55,338 bases of DNA, taken from assembly GCA_001304225.1 (NCBI GenBank), contig LJVD01000016.1:1-55338 (forward strand), in the 5' to 3' direction. The position numbers and the translations under genes were made by a program. The DNA comes from a candidate division Zixibacteria bacterium SM1_73 (GTDB lineage: Bacteria > Zixibacteria > MSB-5A5 > SM1-73). Each line of letters opens with the position of its first letter. Position 1 is the stretch's first letter. Under the pieces are notes generated by a model. It was not told the DNA's origin, made no database searches, and worked only from the letters and a program-made list of their open reading frames with translations. This document shows, piece by piece, positions 49,192-55,338 of this stretch.

Positions 49192-51622
49192 AAGTAATCA
49201 TTGACGGAAAAAAGCTGGAAGCCGACGGTCACAAAACGATATTAGAAACGGCGCGGGAAAGCGATATATTCATTCCTTCACTTTGCGATCACCCTCAACT
49301 TTTACCCTTCGGCGGGTGTCGGCTCTGTATCGTTGAAATCAAGGGACGTAAGGGGCTTGTTCCTTCATGCAGTACCTATCCCGAAGAGGGGATGGAGGTG
49401 AAGACCGATTCTGCGAATCTCCGCAGGATGAGGAAACAGATATTGGGACTCATCCTCTCAGAGCATCCTGATGCCTGTTTGATCTGTTCTGAAAAGGAAA
49501 ATTGCGACGAGTACAAATCCACTATCCGCAGATCGATAAGATAGATTTCCCCTCGGTTTACCGAGATTACGAGGTCAGGAGAGATGACCCATTCTTTGAC
49601 CGGAACTATAACCTGTGCATCCTTTGTGGACGTTGTGTCAGAGTCTGTCATGAAATCAGAGGTGCCTCCACAGTCACCTTCGTCTTCCGGGGATCCCATG
49701 CTGTAGTGGGGACTGTTTTGGATCGACCTTTACAGGAGGTTGGATGCCAGTTTTGCGGTGCATGTGTGGATGTCTGTCCCACAGGAGCTTTAACCGAAAG
49801 AGCCATTAAGTATGAGCCCTTACCCGATGACCAGGCCAAGACCATCTGCCCTCTTTGCAGTATGGGGTGCGAGTTGGACGTGATGCTGAACAAAGGACGG
49901 ATATTGAGCACTCGGCCTTCCAAAGAAGGAGCCGTTAACCTAGGGCAGGCCTGTGTCAAAGGACGTTTCGCGATCAAAGACACAGTTTATAGTTCCCAAC
50001 GAATCCTCAAACCAATGATCCGACGAAGAAAAGAACTCGAGGAGGTCTCTTGGGACGAAGCCTTGGATTTTGTGGCCCAACGGCTCAAGTCTTATAAAGG
50101 AAAAGAGATCGGTTTGATCCAGTCTCCCCAGATCTCTTGTGAAGGCAATTTTCTTGTGGAGAGATTCGCTCGAGAGGTTGTCAAGTCCCAAAATGTAGAC
50201 TTCTCAACAGGAATCTCACCCCTGGAAGCCTTTTATGAGACAGCACACAAAGACAAAGTCAAACCTCGGTTCAATTTTAAAAGAGAAGAAATCTCTGAAG
50301 CCGATGTAATCCTTCTTGCAGGATTGAATTTGGCCGTTTCCCATCCCATCCTTTGGCTGGAGGTATTGAAAGCTGTCCGGAAGGGAACAAAACTTATCAT
50401 GGTCAGCCCTGATGAGCCTCTGGGTGGTCGTCATACGACCGTGTGCCTCCGAGTGAAGCCTGGATCAGAAGCTTCGTTATTCAATTATCTCTCTAAAAGA
50501 CTTCTGAAAGATGAGCAGGCTGATGGGCGTGTGCTCGAAGGACAAGAATTTTTCACGACAGATTTGGCCAAGCTTACCGCGGCTAAGGTCGTGGAATCTA
50601 CAGGGATTGACGAAAACACGCTAAACTATGCGGCAAGGCTCCTCTCGGAAGGCAAGTCTTGTTTCATTTTCGGAATGGGATTGATCCAAGATTCCAGGAT
50701 CGAGCAGAATCTGGCAGCACTTTGGAATCTTGCCCTTCTGAACAAGGGCCGGATTATTCCTTTGGGATTGGAAACTAACAGCAGAGGCCTTTTTGAAATA
50801 AAACGGAAGTCTGGGCAAAAAACAAAACCTTTTGACCAAATCGTGCAGGAGGTCAAGGGAGGACAGATAAAAGCACTGTATTTATTCGGTCCGGTTCCAG
50901 GTAACAAGAAGTTAAAAACAGAGTTTTTGGTTGTTCAGGACAGCTACCTCAATAAGATGTCAGAGAGGGCGGATGCTGTGTTTCCGGCTGCCACTTTTGC
51001 AGAATCAGATGGAATGTTTGTCAATGTAGAGGGAAGGATGCAGAGTTTCCACAGGGTCATCGAGCCCCTCGGGGATGCAAAGCCTGATTGGTGGATTGTT
51101 TCACAACTGGCCCTTAGATGGGGGAAAAAAGATTTTTTATATAAAAAATCTTCAGATATTTTGAGAGAATTGAAAAAAGCGATTCCAGCTTTTTCCAAGG
51201 TCAGTACATCGGCTCAGAAAGGAGGGCTGCCTCGCTTTATCCAGGAATCCGATAAGGAGAAAGAGAAATTCATGCCGCTTAAATACCAAGAAAGAACTGA
51301 GCTAACCAGCAAAACGTACCCTTTCCTTCTCGGTTCGGAATACAACCTGGATTATTACAGGAGCCTTATCTTATCCGATGAAATAAAGGGATTTGAAATC
51401 ATCAGAAATCCTCGATGGTTCAAGTTGAATCCCAAAGACGCCAAGAGGTTGGATCTAGAAGATGGAGATGAGGTTGAGGTCGTCTCCCCCGTAGGAAAGA
51501 TCAAGGGAATCATCAGAAACACAGATTCTGTTCCTGAAGGCATGGTGAGATCCTGTCTTTTCTGGATCGAGGAGCCAAGTTCCAGTCCCCTTCTTCCAGT
51601 TAAAATTAAAAGAGGAAAATAA
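49188..51622 (+). CDS. NuoG/FdhA-like FeS subunit with a molybdopterin-fold domain lacking the Mo ligand; deletion at ~49530
   Basis: 2Fe-2S (LC...GGCRLC...C), H...C..C, two CxxCxxC, CPLCSMGC...C, then NVDFSTGISP (no C/U-H); joins ORFs 49188-49544 and 49502-51622. Confidence 0.85.
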
Positions 51623-52455
51623 TGGCTAAGATACTAAAAAGAGAACGGCTTGTTCCAAATATTCATCTCATCGAAGTCGAAGCTCCGGAAATCGTTCGCA
51701 AATGCCGACCCGGACAGTTTGTCATCGTCATGCCTGATGATAAAGGAGAACGGATCCCGTTGACCATCGCGGATTGGGATATTCAGAAAGGTTCGATCAC
51801 TTCAATTTTTTTAGTGGTAGGAACCTCAACTCATAAGCTTGCCAATCTTCATGCGGGAGATGAAGTTCCTGTCTTTGTTGGGCCTCTAGGAAAACCCTCT
51901 GAGATCGAAAAATTCGGGACGGTACTTTGTGCTGGCGGCTGTTTTGGAATCGCTGCCATCTATCCCATAGCTCGTGCTCTGAAAGAAAAAGGCAACAAGG
52001 TCATTACCCTGCTGGATGTCAAGGCGAATTACCTCCTTTACTGGGAGGATAAACTAAGGGCGGTGAGCGACCATTTCAGCATCTCCAGCCGGGATAATTA
52101 TTATGACTGCAAAGAATACATCCCTTACTCCCTTAAGAATATTCTTAAGAAAGAAAAGAATATCGATCGAGTGGTATCCATCGGATGCACCTATCTCATG
52201 TATACCTGTGCCGAAGCAACAAGGTTGCACGAGATCAAGACCATGGTAAGCCTCAATCCGATCATGGTAGACGGTACTGGAATGTGTGGGGCGTGCCGTG
52301 TGACTGTAGGTGGCAAGACCAAATTCGCCTGCGTGGATGGACCGGATTTTGATGGTCATCTCGTTGATTGGGATGAGCTTTTCATGAGAAGAAAATCCTA
52401 TTTCGATGATGAAATCCAGTCCATGTGTTATTGGGAAAGGAAGAATTTTCCCTGA
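51622..52455 (+). CDS. nfnA: NfnA (sulfide/dihydroorotate dehydrogenase-like electron transfer subunit)
   Basis: PGQFVI, ERIPLTIAD, GPLG, SLNPIMVDGTGMCGACRV..FACVDGP; TAATG overlap with the upstream gene. Confidence 0.9.
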   Translation: MAKILKRERLVPNIHLIEVEAPEIVRKCRPGQFVIVMPDDKGERIPLTIADWDIQKGSITSIFLVVGTSTHKLANLHAGDEVPVFVGPLGKPSEIEKFGTVLCAGGCFGIAAIYPIARALKEKGNKVITLLDVKANYLLYWEDKLRAVSDHFSISSRDNYYDCKEYIPYSLKNILKKEKNIDRVVSIGCTYLMYTCAEATRLHEIKTMVSLNPIMVDGTGMCGACRVTVGGKTKFACVDGPDFDGHLVDWDELFMRRKSYFDDEIQSMCYWERKNFP

Positions 52456-52480
52456 AAGTTAAAACAGAAAAGAGCAAAAA

Positions 52481-53986
52481 ATGGCTGAGAACAAAAAAGA
52501 AATGCCTCCAGAGCTGAAAGAAAGACTGCGGGCCGGCTTCAACCTCGATTGGCGCAAGGAGCTGCGGAAATCTCTCCCTGTCAAGGAAAGGATGAAGATC
52601 AAGCGCCAGAAAATGCCAGAGAGAAGTCCTGAAGTGCGGAACCAGGATTTTTTTGAAGTAAACAAAGGCTTAGAAGCAAGGGCAGCCGTAGAAGAAGCCA
52701 AGAGATGCCTGGATTGTGCAAATCCTCAGTGCGTAATGGGTTGTCCCGTTGGCATAGATATTCCCACCTTCGTGAAAATGGTCGAAATCGGCGACTTCGA
52801 AAAGAGTATACGCAAGATCAAGGAAACCAATGCGCTTCCTGCCATATGCGGTCGAGTCTGCCCCCAAGAGACCCAGTGCGAGGTTGTGTGCAACCTGAAA
52901 AAGGCCACGGGTACGCCGGTGGCTATAGGGAATCTAGAGCGATTCGTGGCTGATTATGAAAGGGACAAAGGGGAGATGTTTATTCCTTCCCTTCCCTCAT
53001 CAACTGGGAAAAAAGTGGCGATTATTGGCTCCGGTCCTGCCGGCCTCACTGTAGCCGGAGATTTGGCTCTCAAGGGGCATCAGTGCACGATTTACGAGGC
53101 ACTTCATGTCCCAGGCGGTGTGTTGTGGTACGGCATCCCTGAATTCAGGCTGCCCAAGAATATATTGGAAGCCGAGGTAGATTATCTTGGAAAGTTAGGT
53201 GTCGAACTGAAGACCAATTTTGTCGTGGGGTTGACAGCCACTCTCGATGATCTTCGTGAAGAAGGATATGATGCCTTTTTCGTCGGCACTGGGGCTGGAT
53301 TGCCGAATTTCATGCGGATACCAGGGGAGAATCTGATCGGAGTCTATTCGGCGAATGAATATTTAACCCGGGTCAATCTGATGAGAGCCTTTGCCTTCCC
53401 AGAGTATGATACTCCGGTCTATCTGGGGAAGAAGGCTGTTGTCCTCGGAGGCGGTAATGTGGCCATGGATTCGGTTCGGACGGCAAAACGACTTGGCGCT
53501 GTGGAATCGACAATTGTATACCGCCGCTCGAGAGTGGAAATGCCGGCAAGGATCGAAGAGGTGCATCATGCCGAGGAAGAAGGCATCGTGTTTCATTTTC
53601 TGACCACTCCTATTCGGTTCATCGGAGATGACAAGGGATGCGTCAAGGCCATGGAGTGCATCCAGATGGAACTCGGTGAACCGGATGCATCAGGCCGGCG
53701 CCGACCCATTCCTATAGAAGGCTCGGAATTCATCATGGAAACAGATCTGGTCGTGGTAGCTATTGGAAACAGTCCCAATCCTCTGATCCCCCAGACAACT
53801 CCTCAATTGAAGGTGGGAAAATGGGGAAACATCGAAGTCAATTGGGATACTATGGAGACCAGTATGAAGGGTGTCTATGCTGGAGGGGATATCATCCGTG
53901 GAGGAGCGACAGTCATTCTGGCCATGGGAGATGCCCGGATAGCTGCCAATGAAATAGACAAATACCTTCAAAACCATAAAAAATAG
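52481..53986 (+). CDS. nfnB: NfnB (GltD/SudA-like NADPH-binding flavo-FeS subunit)
   Basis: RCLDC...C..GCP, CGRVCPQE.QCE..C, ERF, GSGPAGL, YGIPEFRLP, GGGNVAMD, YRR, AGGD..RG.ATVILAM. Confidence 0.92.
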   Translation: MAENKKEMPPELKERLRAGFNLDWRKELRKSLPVKERMKIKRQKMPERSPEVRNQDFFEVNKGLEARAAVEEAKRCLDCANPQCVMGCPVGIDIPTFVKMVEIGDFEKSIRKIKETNALPAICGRVCPQETQCEVVCNLKKATGTPVAIGNLERFVADYERDKGEMFIPSLPSSTGKKVAIIGSGPAGLTVAGDLALKGHQCTIYEALHVPGGVLWYGIPEFRLPKNILEAEVDYLGKLGVELKTNFVVGLTATLDDLREEGYDAFFVGTGAGLPNFMRIPGENLIGVYSANEYLTRVNLMRAFAFPEYDTPVYLGKKAVVLGGGNVAMDSVRTAKRLGAVESTIVYRRSRVEMPARIEEVHHAEEEGIVFHFLTTPIRFIGDDKGCVKAMECIQMELGEPDASGRRRPIPIEGSEFIMETDLVVVAIGNSPNPLIPQTTPQLKVGKWGNIEVNWDTMETSMKGVYAGGDIIRGGATVILAMGDARIAANEIDKYLQNHKK

Positions 53987-54037
53987 GACATAACTCTCAA
54001 AAGCCATACATCTGGGTTGGAGATAAGGGAGGCTTAA

Positions 54038-55336
54038 ATGCCTTGGGTAGATGATTACAAAAAAAAGTTAGTGACTGCCGAAGAGGCGGTTTCGGCGATC
54101 AAGAGCCACGATCGTGTCTATATCAGTGGAAATGCAGCCACACCTTACGTGTTGATGAATGCCTTGGCTTCGAAGAAAGACGAACTGGAGGATGTCGAGC
54201 TGGTTCACGTGCTCTTGATGGGAGACGACCCCCTATCGAAGCCAGAGATGGAGGGGCATTTCCGTCACAATTCACTTTTTGTGGGTCCTGCCGACAGGCG
54301 GGCCATAAACGAGGGAAGGGCGGATTACGTCCCCATATTTCTGCATCAGATTCCCAACCTGTTCTATTCTGGGCAGATGCCGATCGATGTGGCAATGCTT
54401 CATCTTTCCCCTCCTGATGAGCATGGTTTTATGAGCTATGGCGTCGAGGTTCTGGCTTCCAAAGGAGCGGCTGAGACAGCCAAAATCGTCATCGCTCAAG
54501 TCAACGAGAAAATGCCCCGTGTCTTGGGAGATTCCTTCATCCACGTCTCCCGCGTGCACAAGATTGTCGAGATTTCAGAAGACCTCCCCCAACTGGAAAA
54601 GAAAGCTTTCACTGAGGTCGAACGCAAGATCGGACATTTCATCGCTGAACTCATCGATGATGGATCCACGCTCCAATTGGGTATCGGAGGAATACCGGAT
54701 GCAGTTTTATCGGCTCTCAAAGGAAGAAAAGATTTGGGCGTCCATACCGAGATGGTTTCCGACGGCGTGATGGAAGCCATAGAGTCAGGAATCATCACAG
54801 GAGCGAAAAAGACCTTTCATCCATACAAAGTTATTCTGACCTTTATGCTGGGGTCGAACAGACTGTATGATTTTGCCGATAATAACCCGATATTTGAAGC
54901 GCACCCTACAGATTATACGAATCATCCGTTCAAGGTCGCCCAAAACGATAACATGATCGCCATCAATTCTGCGATCGAAGTGGATATCTCTGGACAGGTG
55001 TGTTCGGATTCGATCGGAACATACATCTACAGCGGGTTTGGTGGTCAGGTGGATTTCATCCGGGGAGCTGCCCATTCAAAAGGGGGAAAACCCATAATAG
55101 CCCTTCCTTCTACAGCCAAGGGGGATGAAGTGTCCCGGATCGTTCCCTTCCTCAAAAAAGGGGCAGGAGTCGTGACAACCCGGGCGGATGTCACATACAT
55201 CGTGACAGAATATGGTGTGGCGTATCTCCACGGAAAAAATCTTCAAGAGAGAACCAAAGCACTCATCGAAATCGCCCATCCTAAGTTTAGAGATGATTTA
55301 GTCAAGGAAGCCAAGGAGCGGCACCTCCTGACCTGA
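54038..55336 (+). CDS. 4-hydroxybutyrate CoA-transferase / acetyl-CoA hydrolase-transferase family
   Basis: GRADY.P, SPPD.HG, LQLGIG.IP, HTEM (catalytic Glu), SG.GGQ.DF.RGA, TEYG.A.L.G, IAHP.FR. Confidence 0.93.
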   Translation: MPWVDDYKKKLVTAEEAVSAIKSHDRVYISGNAATPYVLMNALASKKDELEDVELVHVLLMGDDPLSKPEMEGHFRHNSLFVGPADRRAINEGRADYVPIFLHQIPNLFYSGQMPIDVAMLHLSPPDEHGFMSYGVEVLASKGAAETAKIVIAQVNEKMPRVLGDSFIHVSRVHKIVEISEDLPQLEKKAFTEVERKIGHFIAELIDDGSTLQLGIGGIPDAVLSALKGRKDLGVHTEMVSDGVMEAIESGIITGAKKTFHPYKVILTFMLGSNRLYDFADNNPIFEAHPTDYTNHPFKVAQNDNMIAINSAIEVDISGQVCSDSIGTYIYSGFGGQVDFIRGAAHSKGGKPIIALPSTAKGDEVSRIVPFLKKGAGVVTTRADVTYIVTEYGVAYLHGKNLQERTKALIEIAHPKFRDDLVKEAKERHLLT

Positions 55337-55338
55337 GA

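Noticed and set aside
49502-51622. (Seleno)cysteine formate dehydrogenase alpha subunit
   Set aside because: No Cys/Sec-His motif and no in-frame TGA at the ligand position.
52481-53986. Glutamate synthase small subunit (gltD)
   Set aside because: No gltB nearby and it directly follows nfnA, so NfnB is the better call.
1-55338. CRISPR array, rRNA, IS element
   Set aside because: No regularly spaced direct repeats, rRNA-like sequence or transposase motifs seen.

Overview
Bacterial chromosomal window of moderate GC. The gene content (Oar-like TonB receptor, S55 peptidase plus beta-propeller pair, expanded exported SnoaL-like proteins) resembles Acidobacteriota/Ca. Aminicenantes; this is an inference, not a database result. 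1-5.3 kb: housekeeping genes (PAS histidine kinase, RNA methyltransferase, K+ channel, rmuC, tRNA-Lys(CTT)). About 5.3-25 kb: an AT-richer accessory region of exported small proteins, pseudogenes, a TonB receptor behind a sigma54-type promoter and structured leader, peptidases, a GT-C-like membrane protein and internally duplicated orphan proteins. 25-27 kb: a pseudopilin-DUF350-transglutaminase-like operon whose pilin head also occurs as an 85%-identical fusion at 10.3 kb. 27-45 kb: core genes (MinD-like plus J-like pair, rpoZ, CYTH, polyprenyl synthase, tatD, DUF885, fabH, S55/propeller, efp, galK, MBL hydrolase, amidohydrolase, Ca/Na antiporter). 45.7-55.3 kb: a redox operon of an atypical alanine dehydrogenase-like enzyme, a bifurcation-type NuoEFG-like module with no catalytic site, NfnAB and a CoA transferase; this is the best candidate for an undescribed system. 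At least eight genes carry frameshifts or internal deletions, most likely assembly/consensus errors, so the ORF track splits or mis-fuses several genes. No CRISPR, integrase, transposase or prophage was seen.
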